From: an uncultured Candidatus Saccharibacteria bacterium
Lineage (GTDB): Bacteria; Patescibacteriota; Minisyncoccia; Phycocordibacterales; Zambryskibacteraceae
DNA: 64,000 nucleotides
Direction of reading: 5' to 3'
Assembly: GCA_964446535.1 (NCBI GenBank)
Contig: CAYUOR010000001.1
Span: 71,283 to 135,282 of the forward strand
The notes beneath the pieces are model-generated. The model did no database searches, was not told where the DNA came from, and saw only the letters and a program-made list of their open reading frames with translations. This document shows positions 28,226 to 37,800 of this stretch, in pieces. A program made the position numbers and the translations under genes. Every line of letters starts with the position of its first letter. The stretch's first letter is position 1.

Positions 28226-29376
28226 TGGCAAAAAACGGCACATATTTAAAAAAGAGTTTGAGCGAGTTTGACAGAGCTTTGGTTGTTGCCAACTACTTTG
28301 GATTCTCTCCAACTTTTGCGCCAAAGGTCACTAGGCAGGACCTAGAGCTTGTCCGCGACTGCCCGGACCACCCACACTACGACGCGAGTGAAAAGATGGC
28401 GGTGTTAAGAAATTATATAGAGGCAAGCTCGAATTCTCTCCCCCATCCAAGCGCTTTCATTTACGAAAAGCCGCCATCCAGAAAAAAATTCGGTAGTCAT
28501 GCCTTGCACTTTATCGGCACCGTTTCGGCCGTGGCGGAAGCTAGTTTAATCAGGGCCGCTCTCTCTATCCTAGCGGAAGAAGGTTATAAGAATCTGCGAG
28601 TAGAAATGAATTGTATCGGTGACAAAGAATCTATCGGTACATATGAAAAAGAACTTCTGAACCACGTTAGAAAGTCTGGTATAAATCTCGACGACGAACT
28701 AAGACAAATTATCAGGAAAGATGTTTTTAGTATTTTCAGATTAGAGCGTTCAGAAATAGCGCCACTTCTCGAAAACGCGCCGTCCTCAATTACCTTCCTC
28801 TCGGCACAAAGTCGAGCCCACTTTAAAGAAATCCTGGAGTATATTGAGGCTCTCGGTATTGAGTTCAGATTGACACCAAAGCTTGTAGGAGAAAGAAACC
28901 ACGCCTCACACACCATCTTTGCCATAAAAAATACTGTAGAGGAGAAAGATCATACTTTAGCCCTTGGTTATCGTTATTCAAGACTTGGAAAATTCCTCGG
29001 ACTTCGTAGAGAAATACCGGTAGCCGGAGTAAATGTTTTCTCAGAACCGAAAGAAGAGAAAGAAAAAAGAATTTACAAAAAACTCCCAAAACCAAAGTTT
29101 TATCTAATCCAGCTCGGACGTGAAGCTAAAATCAAAACTCTCTCCATTATAGAGCTCCTACGAACTCACCGAATTCCGCTCTATCACCTCCTTGGAAAAG
29201 ACAAGCTTGGAGTCCAGCTTTCTCACGCAGAAAGTCTGAAGGTACCCTACCTCATCATCATTGGGCAGAAAGAAGCCCTTGAAAATACTGCCACGATAAG
29301 GAATGTTGTAACTCGTGCCCAGGATACGGTCGGTATCGCTCAATTACCCCAATATTTAAAGAGTATCGCCCTCTAG
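28225..29376 (+). CDS. Histidyl-tRNA synthetase-like protein with degenerate catalytic motifs, retaining anticodon-binding domain
   Basis: 'LLENAPSSITFLSAQSRAHFKEILEYIEALGIEFRLTPKLV' aligns to HisRS '[41 protein letters not shown]'; 'FRHERP' reads 'IYEKPP'; 'GGRYD' reads 'GYRYS'; 'RGLDYY' absent; C-terminal 'VPYLIIIGQKEALENTATIRN' HGTP anticodon domain; ATG overlaps lepB stop (taATGg). Confidence 0.5.
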   Translation: MAKNGTYLKKSLSEFDRALVVANYFGFSPTFAPKVTRQDLELVRDCPDHPHYDASEKMAVLRNYIEASSNSLPHPSAFIYEKPPSRKKFGSHALHFIGTVSAVAEASLIRAALSILAEEGYKNLRVEMNCIGDKESIGTYEKELLNHVRKSGINLDDELRQIIRKDVFSIFRLERSEIAPLLENAPSSITFLSAQSRAHFKEILEYIEALGIEFRLTPKLVGERNHASHTIFAIKNTVEEKDHTLALGYRYSRLGKFLGLRREIPVAGVNVFSEPKEEKEKRIYKKLPKPKFYLIQLGREAKIKTLSIIELLRTHRIPLYHLLGKDKLGVQLSHAESLKVPYLIIIGQKEALENTATIRNVVTRAQDTVGIAQLPQYLKSIAL

Positions 29377-29426
29377 AACATAATTTGCGAGGTCGAGACA
29401 AATGTGTTAGAGTGCCGGGATACAAA

Positions 29427-29684
29427 ATGGCGAATAACGTCAACATAGAGGTGGTTAAAGGCTCAACGGAAAATAATTTGAGCGTTTTGAGACGTTTTAC
29501 TAAACGGGTACAGTCGGCTGGGGTTCTGCCGAAGGTTAGGACTAAGCGCTATACCCAGCGTCCGCCTTCGCGCAACACCAGGCGCGCAAAAACTCTTGCC
29601 TATTTGAAAAAGAAGGAGCTTTACAATGAGCTTCTAAGACTCGGTAAGGTAACCGAGGTAAGCAGGACAACCAGGCGCCGATAA
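29427..29684 (+). CDS. rpsU: 30S ribosomal protein S21
   Basis: 'LRRFTKRVQSAGVLPKVRTKRYTQRPPSRNTRRAK' matches S21 '[34 protein letters not shown]'; internal ATG 29427. Confidence 0.6.
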   Translation: MANNVNIEVVKGSTENNLSVLRRFTKRVQSAGVLPKVRTKRYTQRPPSRNTRRAKTLAYLKKKELYNELLRLGKVTEVSRTTRRR

Positions 29685-29685
29685 G

Positions 29686-30075
29686 TTGAGGACAAATAAA
29701 AAATTTTCTATTCCGTTTGATCGTCTAAAGGAAAGGGTCCTGGGCAAGGATTATGAGCTTTCGCTGGTTTTCGCTGACGATAAGTTGTCTCGACGCTTAA
29801 ACAGGATTTATCGTGGTAAGAATAAATCGGCCAATGTCTTGAGCTTTCCCTTGTCAAAAAAGAGCGGAGAGATTTTTTTAGACCTTGTTACTGCAGAAAA
29901 AGAGGCGCCAAGTTACAATCTTTCGTACAAAAACTTTGTCACCTTTTTGTTTATCCACGGACTGCTTCATTTGAAAGGAATGGGACACGGGCGTAAAATG
30001 ACAGAGACAGAAAAAAAATTACTATATGGCACGTCAAGTCTCAGTCGGCATAGACATAGGAACATCAGAAGTTAG
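29686..30075 (+). CDS. ybeY: Endoribonuclease YbeY (rRNA maturation factor)
   Basis: 'HGLLHLKGMGH' H-x3-H-x5-H zinc motif; 3' end overlaps ftsA by ~50 nt. Confidence 0.7.
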   Translation: MRTNKKFSIPFDRLKERVLGKDYELSLVFADDKLSRRLNRIYRGKNKSANVLSFPLSKKSGEIFLDLVTAEKEAPSYNLSYKNFVTFLFIHGLLHLKGMGHGRKMTETEKKLLYGTSSLSRHRHRNIRS

Positions 30076-31228
30076 GGTTGTTATAGCTGAGGCATTTCAA
30101 GATAACGGCAAACATGTGCCGAGAATCATCGGTACCGGCTCGGCGGAATCGCGCGGAGTCTATCGGGGTTATATAACTAACATAAACGAAGCGTCAAAGA
30201 GTCTAGAGGTCGCTCTTCGCCAGGCGGAGAAGACCGCCGGACTAAAAGTAAGAAACGCCTATGTTTCCTTCGGTGGAATAGGGCTTGGTAGTCTTACCTC
30301 TACCGGCTCTACTACAGTCTCCAGGGCAGATATGGAAATAACCGAAAAAGATCTTGAATCCGTAGCAGAAGCGGCTGGAGCACTCATCCCGCCGGCGGCC
30401 TCCATAAACAGGAAAATTTTAAACACGGTACCGATAGAATATAAAATTGATGGGAAACCAGTCTGGGGGCAGGCTCTTGGGCTTAAGGCGCAGAAACTTG
30501 AGGTCAGGGCGCTCTTTATTACCTGTCTGGAACACCATTTGGCAGACTTATTTAGCGTTGTTGAAGGGGTTGGTGTGGAGGTAAACGATGTCGTGGCGGC
30601 ACCCCTTGCAGCAAGCATGGTCACTCTGACGAAAAAGCAGAAGCGTGCCGGTGCCCTACTTGCCGACTTTGGCGCAGAAACTCTTTCTATTATGGTTTTT
30701 GAGAATAACAACATCTTGTCGCTTGAAGTTTTTCCAGTCGGTGGGAACGATATCACCAACGACATTGCTCTCGGTCTAAAGATTTCTCCAGAAAACGCCG
30801 AAGAGCTCAAGATCGGCCACGACCGCGGGCTTTCTTATCCGAAAAAGAAATTGGAAGAGATAATCGCCTCACGCTTACGCGCCGCCTTTGATTCGGTTGA
30901 CTCCCATCTAAAATCCATAGGCAGAAATGGCCTCTTACCGGCCGGCATCATCATCGCTGGTGGTAGTGCCTCGCTAACAGGGATAAAAACCGTTGCGGAA
31001 AGTTCTCTAAAACTCCCTTCCCAATTGGCGGAGGTGTATTTCGGTGATGCCAGTGAGGGTCGGATAAAAAATCGCACCTGGGCGGTCGCCTGCGGTCTGG
31101 CTCTTTTCGGCTTGAGCGCGGATGATGATGCCAGTATGGCAAGTATCGGAGGTAATACTCAAATTACTAAGCATGGAAAGAACCTTTGGGCATCGGTTAA
31201 GCGTTCGGTTCGTCAATTTTTACCATAA
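30026..31228 (+). CDS. ftsA: Cell division protein FtsA
   Basis: 'VGIDIGTSEVRVVIAE' actin-like phosphate-1 motif, SHS2 insert, synteny with ftsZ. Confidence 0.85.
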   Translation: MARQVSVGIDIGTSEVRVVIAEAFQDNGKHVPRIIGTGSAESRGVYRGYITNINEASKSLEVALRQAEKTAGLKVRNAYVSFGGIGLGSLTSTGSTTVSRADMEITEKDLESVAEAAGALIPPAASINRKILNTVPIEYKIDGKPVWGQALGLKAQKLEVRALFITCLEHHLADLFSVVEGVGVEVNDVVAAPLAASMVTLTKKQKRAGALLADFGAETLSIMVFENNNILSLEVFPVGGNDITNDIALGLKISPENAEELKIGHDRGLSYPKKKLEEIIASRLRAAFDSVDSHLKSIGRNGLLPAGIIIAGGSASLTGIKTVAESSLKLPSQLAEVYFGDASEGRIKNRTWAVACGLALFGLSADDDASMASIGGNTQITKHGKNLWASVKRSVRQFLP

Positions 31229-31275
31229 CACTTTAAAATAGTTGTCAACTACTTTTATCGAAATCCTTTGGTAAT

Positions 31276-32496
31276 ATGGGCGCATCTAAACGAGAATTTA
31301 GCATGCCACAAATAAAACCAGAGGTAGAATCATTTGCAAGAATTAAGGTTATAGGTATCGGCGGTTCCGGTAAAAACACGGTTAACCATATGATTAATTC
31401 CAAGGTTAAGGGTGTTGATTTTATCGCTGCCAACACTGACGTTCAGGATCTTCACCACTCTCTAGCTAAGAAAAAAGTTCATATCGGAAAGAATTTAACG
31501 AGGGGGCTTGGCACCGGTATGAACCCGGAGCTTGGCAAACGAGCTGTTGAAGAAACGAAAGAAGAGCTACAAGAAGCCATTAAGGGTGCGGACATGGTCT
31601 TTATCGCGGGAGGTATGGGTGGAGGCACTGGTTCTGGCGCGGCTCCAGTGGTGGCCAGAGTAGCGAAGGAAAATGGCTGCTTGACCGTCGCTGTCGTTAC
31701 GAAACCATTTTTCTTTGAAGGTCAGCAGAGAATGAGAATTGCCGAACAGGCAATAGAAGAACTGAAGCAGGCGGTCGACGCACTCATCATCATCCCAAAT
31801 GACAGACTGCTTCAAACGATAGATAAAGAAGTTACGGCTAAAAATGCCTTCGCCATCTGCGACAACATTCTAAAAGAAGCCGTAGAAGGAATTTCTGATA
31901 TTATCACCACACCCGGAATTATTAATATAGATTTCGCCGATATTCGTTCCGTTATGGAGAACGCTGGTGCGGCTCTTATGGGCATCGGCTCCGCATCGGG
32001 AGAAAGTCGAGCGGTCGAAGCGGCTAAAGCAGCTATCAGCTCCCCTCTTCTTGAAATCTCTATCAACGGTGCCAAGGGCGTTCTCTTCTCCATTGCTGGC
32101 GGCGATGATGTCACTATGTTTGAAATACAGGATGCCGCGAAAATTATTACCGAGTCGGTAGATCCAAACGCTAAAATTATCTTCGGTACAACCCGAAACG
32201 ATAAGCTCAAAAAAGGTGAGGTAAAAATTACCGTTATTGCTTCTAATTTCCCGGAAAACTATCCAAGAAAATCAAACTCGCTTTTCCAAACGTTTGCCGG
32301 AGAGGAAGAAAGGGCCAAGAGCAAACTTTTCCAGGCTCCTCACGCCAAGGAACCGATGAAGCAGCCGGTGGCCGCATCAGAGGTTCGAGATAAGAGGGTC
32401 GAAATGAAGCAAACTCCCCCTCCCCCGCCTGTAGAAGACAATGATGATGACTGGAGCGCTGTTCCCGCATTTCTCCGACGTTCGAAATTAAAGTAA
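31276..32496 (+). CDS. ftsZ: Cell division protein FtsZ
   Basis: 'IKVIGIGGSGKNTVNHM', 'GGMGGGTGSGAAPVVA' tubulin signature, acidic and basic C-terminal tail. Confidence 0.9.
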   Translation: MGASKREFSMPQIKPEVESFARIKVIGIGGSGKNTVNHMINSKVKGVDFIAANTDVQDLHHSLAKKKVHIGKNLTRGLGTGMNPELGKRAVEETKEELQEAIKGADMVFIAGGMGGGTGSGAAPVVARVAKENGCLTVAVVTKPFFFEGQQRMRIAEQAIEELKQAVDALIIIPNDRLLQTIDKEVTAKNAFAICDNILKEAVEGISDIITTPGIINIDFADIRSVMENAGAALMGIGSASGESRAVEAAKAAISSPLLEISINGAKGVLFSIAGGDDVTMFEIQDAAKIITESVDPNAKIIFGTTRNDKLKKGEVKITVIASNFPENYPRKSNSLFQTFAGEEERAKSKLFQAPHAKEPMKQPVAASEVRDKRVEMKQTPPPPPVEDNDDDWSAVPAFLRRSKLK

Positions 32497-32576
32497 GACC
32501 TATAGCTCTGCTACAGATTCGCTCGGTATCTTAAAACGAGCTTTTATTAAGTCGCTCTCTGAAGTAAAATAGTCAG

Positions 32577-33491
32577 ATGTTTGAATTATGTATTGTCGGT
32601 GGTGGACCCGCTGGAGTCTCTGCTGGTGTTTATGCGGCACGAAAACAGCTAAAAACTCTTTTTATAACGGAGTCATTCGGCGGACAAAGCACTGAGTCAA
32701 TGGGAATTGAAAACTGGATTGGTACTAAGAAAATCTCCGGTGCGGATTTCGGCAAGATTCTTGAAGAACACTTGCGTTCCTACGAGTCAGAGACGTTAGA
32801 GATAAAAAGTGGAGAGAGGGTTAATAATATTTCAAAAGATGCTGGCGGTTTTAAGATTACGACTAGCAAAGGCTCCTACACGGCAAAAACTGTTCTCATA
32901 ACGACTGGCAGTACTAGAAGGAAGTTAGGGGTTCCGGGAGCCGTAGAATTTGAGAATAAGGGTATTACCTATTGCGCTTCCTGTGACGGGCCGCTCTTTG
33001 CAGGGCAGGATGTTGCTGTCATCGGGGGCGGCAACGCTGCGTTTGAAACCGCGGCCCAACTACTTTCCTATGCAAAGTCCGTAACTCTGTTTAATAGGGG
33101 TGATAAATTCAAAGCCGACGAAATAACGGTTAAAAAAGTGCTTGCCCATCCGAATATGAAAGCTCTGACGAATGTGGCGCTCAAGGAGATTAAAGGGGAT
33201 AAATTTGTGACATCTCTAGTTTATGAACTAGGAGGCAAGACGGGAGAGCTTCCGGTTTCAGGTATTTTTGTGGAAATAGGTCTTGTGCCAACAACCAATT
33301 TTGTAAAAGATTTGGTAGAACTTAATCAATACGGACAGATTATCGTTGATCCTAAAAATCAGAGGACAAAAATAGAGGGTATATGGGCAGCCGGAGATTC
33401 AACTGACGGACTCTTCCACCAGAACAACATTGCCTCGGGTGACGCTGTTAAAGCGCTTGAAGACATATATCTTCATCTTCGAGCCAGATAA
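32577..33491 (+). CDS. trxB: Thioredoxin-disulfide reductase family flavoprotein
   Basis: 'CIVGGGPAGVSAGVYA' FAD site, 'CASCDGPLF' redox-active disulfide, 'AVIGGGNAAFE' NADPH site. Confidence 0.65.
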   Translation: MFELCIVGGGPAGVSAGVYAARKQLKTLFITESFGGQSTESMGIENWIGTKKISGADFGKILEEHLRSYESETLEIKSGERVNNISKDAGGFKITTSKGSYTAKTVLITTGSTRRKLGVPGAVEFENKGITYCASCDGPLFAGQDVAVIGGGNAAFETAAQLLSYAKSVTLFNRGDKFKADEITVKKVLAHPNMKALTNVALKEIKGDKFVTSLVYELGGKTGELPVSGIFVEIGLVPTTNFVKDLVELNQYGQIIVDPKNQRTKIEGIWAAGDSTDGLFHQNNIASGDAVKALEDIYLHLRAR

Positions 33492-33497
33492 ATTTTG

Positions 33498-33570
33498 TGC
33501 GCGATAGAGGACTTGAACCTCTGACCCTCCCCACGTCAAGGGGATGCTCTACCAACTGAGCTAACCGCGC
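33498..33570 (-). tRNA. tRNA-Val (anticodon GAC)
   Basis: hand-folded cloverleaf: acceptor GCGCGGT/ATCGCGC, anticodon loop TTGACGT, T-loop GGTTCAAGTCC; CCA not encoded. Confidence 0.75.
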
Positions 33571-33627
33571 GACGACGGAAATATTAACATTTTTCTTTAA
33601 ATTTGCTAGTATAGGCAAGCTCAAGCG

Positions 33628-33714
33628 GGAGGCGTGGCTGAGTGGTTGAAGGCACCGGTTTCGAAAACCGGCAGGTCCGCAAGGGTCTCAGAGGTTCGAA
33701 TCCTCTCGCCTCCG
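33628..33714 (+). tRNA. tRNA-Ser (anticodon CGA)
   Basis: acceptor GGAGGCG/CGCCTCC, anticodon loop TTCGAAA, long variable arm, T-loop GGTTCGAATCC; CCA not encoded. Confidence 0.75.
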
Positions 33715-33728
33715 CCCCCAAAATAAAA

Positions 33729-33800
33729 GGCCCTATCGTCTATCGGTTAGGACACGAGCTTTTCAAGCTCGGAAGCCGGGTTCGATTCCCGGTAGGGTCA
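33729..33800 (+). tRNA. tRNA-Glu (anticodon TTC)
   Basis: acceptor GGCCCTA/TAGGGTC, anticodon loop TTTTCAA, T-loop GGTTCGATTCC; ends 5 nt before tsaD ATG. Confidence 0.75.
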
Positions 33801-33805
33801 CAAAA

Positions 33806-34879
33806 ATGAAAATTTTAGCAATAGAGACAAGTTGTGACGAAACCGCAGTCACGCTCTTGGATATAGACGGCCCTCTTGAAAAACCCAATATAAAAGTACT
33901 CGGCGACTCTTACCTTTCTCAAGCTAAGTTGCATGAAAAATATGGTGGCGTCTATCCAAACCTCGCCAAACGAGAACACGAAAAAAACCTACCAATTCTT
34001 CTTGAGAAAACGCTCAAAGAGTCTGGAGAAAGTTCAGAAAATCCAAATATAGATTATATTGCCGTAACGGAAGGGCCGGGCCTAGAGCCGGCACTCTGGA
34101 CTGGTATTACTTTCGCACTGGATCTCGCTAAGAGGTGGCAGAAGCCGATAATTCCCGTAAATCACATGGAGGGTCATGTTTTTTCTGTTCTTTTTAATGC
34201 TCGTGCTTCCTTAGAGCTTCCGGCATTGGCACTTCTCGTCTCCGGCGGCCATACGGAACTTGTCCTGGTGAAAGATTTCAGGAATTACGAAATTATAGGA
34301 AAAACCAGAGATGATGCTGTCGGTGAATCGTTCGACAAGGTGGCACGCATGCTCGGACTTCCCTATCCCGGCGGACCCGAGATCTCCAGACTTGCCGAGG
34401 AATCACGAATTGAAAAAGAAAGGGTCGAAATAGAGTTTCCGAGACCGATGATTCATTCCGACAATCTCGATTTTTCATTCTCAGGATTAAAAACTGCAGT
34501 GCTTTATAAATTGAAAACGAAAAAGAGTATTAGTGAAGAGTTTAAAAAAGAAGTAGCTCGCGCCTTTGAGGATGCGGCAGTAGCAGTTTTAATAGAGAAA
34601 ACGAATAAGGCGCTTTTGGAGCTTGGAGATATAAAAACTTTAATTGTCGCTGGAGGAGTGTCGGCCAATATTCATCTAAACCGCGAACTTGCCGGTTTGG
34701 TCTCTAAGTTTAAACATGTCAAACTCTACGCCCCCACAAGGTATCTATCAACCGACAACGCGGTAATGATCGGAATAGCGGCTTTTATCCGTGCCAGGAA
34801 GGAATCAGAGATTTTGAAGAAACAAGTATCAATAAGGGCGCGCGGTAATCTTTCTATTTCTTCGGCCCCATTACTATAA
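33806..34879 (+). CDS. tsaD: tRNA N6-adenosine threonylcarbamoyltransferase TsaD
   Basis: 'MKILAIETSCDETAV', 'VSGGHTELV', 'VAGGVSAN' Kae1/TsaD signatures. Confidence 0.85.
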   Translation: MKILAIETSCDETAVTLLDIDGPLEKPNIKVLGDSYLSQAKLHEKYGGVYPNLAKREHEKNLPILLEKTLKESGESSENPNIDYIAVTEGPGLEPALWTGITFALDLAKRWQKPIIPVNHMEGHVFSVLFNARASLELPALALLVSGGHTELVLVKDFRNYEIIGKTRDDAVGESFDKVARMLGLPYPGGPEISRLAEESRIEKERVEIEFPRPMIHSDNLDFSFSGLKTAVLYKLKTKKSISEEFKKEVARAFEDAAVAVLIEKTNKALLELGDIKTLIVAGGVSANIHLNRELAGLVSKFKHVKLYAPTRYLSTDNAVMIGIAAFIRARKESEILKKQVSIRARGNLSISSAPLL

Positions 34880-37800
34880 CTTTGTCGATAGGTGGTTTGG
34901 TGTCTGCATCTTTCTTTGCGGTAAGTATTTCTTTAACTGGCTCTTTGGTAATCTCGGTTGGTTTGGTTATATTCTTACCAATTGATTTAGCGCGAGCGAG
35001 CACTACCAGATACCAAGATTTTACAGAAGCTCTAATCGAGTTATGTTCCGGGTAAAGCGAGGTCCAAGTAAGAGATAAAGCTAAGAGGATAAATAGCGGT
35101 AAGACAAACCACCACTTGAAAACAAGTGAGGCGACTATACCGAGAACCAAACCCAGATCAACCACGACCCACTTGGTGATAAACCTTTTTCTAAGATTTC
35201 CCGGTGTATTTTTATAAAAGACATCTTTAAGGACATTTCCCAGAACGTAAAGGGCAATTACAAAAACCAATAGGCCATAAATTGATTTAGCGATATCACC
35301 CATACTTTCTGGATTAGCAACTATCGCCGTGGCTAATCCCCTAACAACCCCCAGACTTCCATTAGTGGTGTCGGAAGATTGAACTCCGACAACTGGAATT
35401 ATAGGAGTGGTTGTTGAGCCCGACGAATCAGCATCATTTTCAGTTTGTATATAAGAAGGAATTGGTTCAATACCCTGGGCTCTTAGGTTGTCTAAAAGAG
35501 CTTTAAAGGCCGCAATTTCATAAATCTGTGCTTCGTTCAGAGGAAATAGGCGCTGGCAGTATATTTCGTTTATTTTCTTCAGAGTAAGAATATAGACATA
35601 GCCTGTCGGGTCGGTGTGTCCCCATGGCTCCAGAATATCCTCGGCGTACTTGAGCTGGAAGAGCGAGACCGCCTCAAGGGTTGCGTCGTCAAAGACCCCG
35701 GTAAGCGAGACACCTTCGCGCATATCAAAATTTATCAGAAATGCCTGGAGCTTCAATACTTCCTGCGGATTATTGTTTAAATCTCTCCTCATATAATCTC
35801 TAAGGTAGAAACAGACATTAGGATCAGCTGGAACGGTTGTGGCACCAAGAACTTGTCCATCGTCTTCCGTATTGTCGGACGGCACGTAAGAATTCGGATT
35901 TGAGGCGTCTCCGTCAGAGTGACAACCCGGGTCAAGCGCATCTATTAGACCATCACCGTCATCATCTCTAGAATTTGAGCAGGGTGCATTTCCGCCGCCA
36001 CCTCCGCCGCCGCCGTTTGTCGTATCGTATTTGCATGGTAGAGCTTCGCCCCAGTTGCTCGCCTTATTATCTTCGCAAAGATTTGAACCACCCGGAACGT
36101 TGGTTTCGTCGTTATCGTTCGGATCGTATGAGTCGGGATTGTCGGCATTACCATCGCTGTGGCATCCTGGATCATCGGCATCGACAAAACCATCCTCATC
36201 GTTATCTATCGCATCTGAACAGATTGGAGACGGTGAGACACAGTCACCGTTCTGAGAAACAAGTCCCTGCGGCACCATTATCTGAATGCCGTCTAGGTTA
36301 GCACAAACATCTGTCGGATTTGTTTCATCACTGTCATTCGGGTCGTATGAATCGGGATTATTAGAATCCGCATCGGTATGACAACCAGGATCCGCGCTAT
36401 CTGCGACACCGTCATTATCATTATCAAACGTGTCAGAACATACGGCCCTAACCTGAACCGTGAGCGTCTGCTGGGTAGCTTTTGCACCGTGGCTATCTGT
36501 TGCGTCATAAGTAACAACATAATCTCCAACCGTATTGGTAAGGACAGTGTCTCCGCCGACAACAAGATTCGGCTCCGGATCGTCCTCGTCATCGTTTACC
36601 GTGGCATGACCGAGCGGATCAAAACTTCCACCCAAAGTAACGATTACCAGAGTATCTGCGGTAATAACCGGAGGCGTATTTTCATCGTCATCTTCTTCGT
36701 TAGTACATCCTGGATCATCCGGGAAGTCGATAAGGTTGTCGCCGTCATTGTCCATCCCGTCTGAGCATTCTGACGGTGGCGCGCTTACTTTTACCGTTCG
36801 GGTCTTTTCTGTTGCGGAGAGTCCGTCCGAATCAACTACGTTGTAGGTTATGACATAAGTACCGGTATTTGAAGTGTCAACCGTGTCGCCGGAAATCACG
36901 ACATCCCCCGTCAGATCGCCATCTTCCAGGTCTGTGGCGACAAACCCTGGATCAGCGTAAGGTTCAGAGCTTACAAGAATATTATGAGGATTCGGCCCGT
37001 CGATAGTTATGACTGGCGCCTGGTTTTCATGATTAATAAAGGTGCAAGAAACAATGTCATTTGAATCAATGGAAAGATCCGTGACACTAAGACCCTCTCG
37101 AGTACCCGAAGGAGAACCGTTTACGAGACACTTCGCGTCCAAAAGTTTGAAATTATTTTGCAAAACTTCTGTGACACTATAGACACCCTGATCAACCTCA
37201 AGAGAGGGCGTGAAACCGTCTGCCCCAGTGGTTTTTGAAACTGTCTGGGAGTTTTTTATCTCAAAGGTCCAACCTGCGGCAGGAAGTTGGTCGTCTGTTG
37301 TCGTTAGATCGTTATCGGAATCTAGAATCTTCTTTACAGTGATCGTACCACCGCAAAGTTCCTGTGCCAAATCAGCCAAATCATCAGCTAAAGTATCAAA
37401 GCCGGAAGTATAAACCGCATCAGAACTTGATATCGCTTTAAGGTTATTTACTTTAAGGTTGTCTCCGATACCTAGCGCGATGATGCGAGTACCTGAACCC
37501 TTAATTTCATTTGCCTTCGTTATAGCAAGCTTTAACGCCTCCGTTGAATCAGTCGGTCTGTTTGGATTTCCGTCAGAAGCAAATACAATGAGATTCGGAT
37601 GTTCGTCTCCTGTTCGAGGATCAAATGTGCCGAAAGCCTTACCAAGGCCGTCTGCCCAGTTCGTATTTCCGCCTGAGACTGGGGTATTTATCGCTATATG
37701 GATAAGTCCGAGGTTATTGGTAAAACTTTGAAGAACCTGACCATTAGTATCAAAATCAGTTACTGAAAAGAGCGTATCTGTGCCGGGTAAAAATGAGTCA

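Noticed and set aside
29686-30075. Possible frameshift or fusion between ybeY and ftsA (50-nt overlap)
   Set aside because: Both reading frames are intact with proper start and stop; the YbeY zinc motif and the FtsA N-terminus are complete; overlap of this size is plausible in compact genomes
35900-36500. Possible CRISPR-like regular repeats
   Set aside because: The periodicity is at protein-domain scale (120-220 nt) and sits inside one continuous ORF; no short direct repeats with unique spacers were found anywhere in the window
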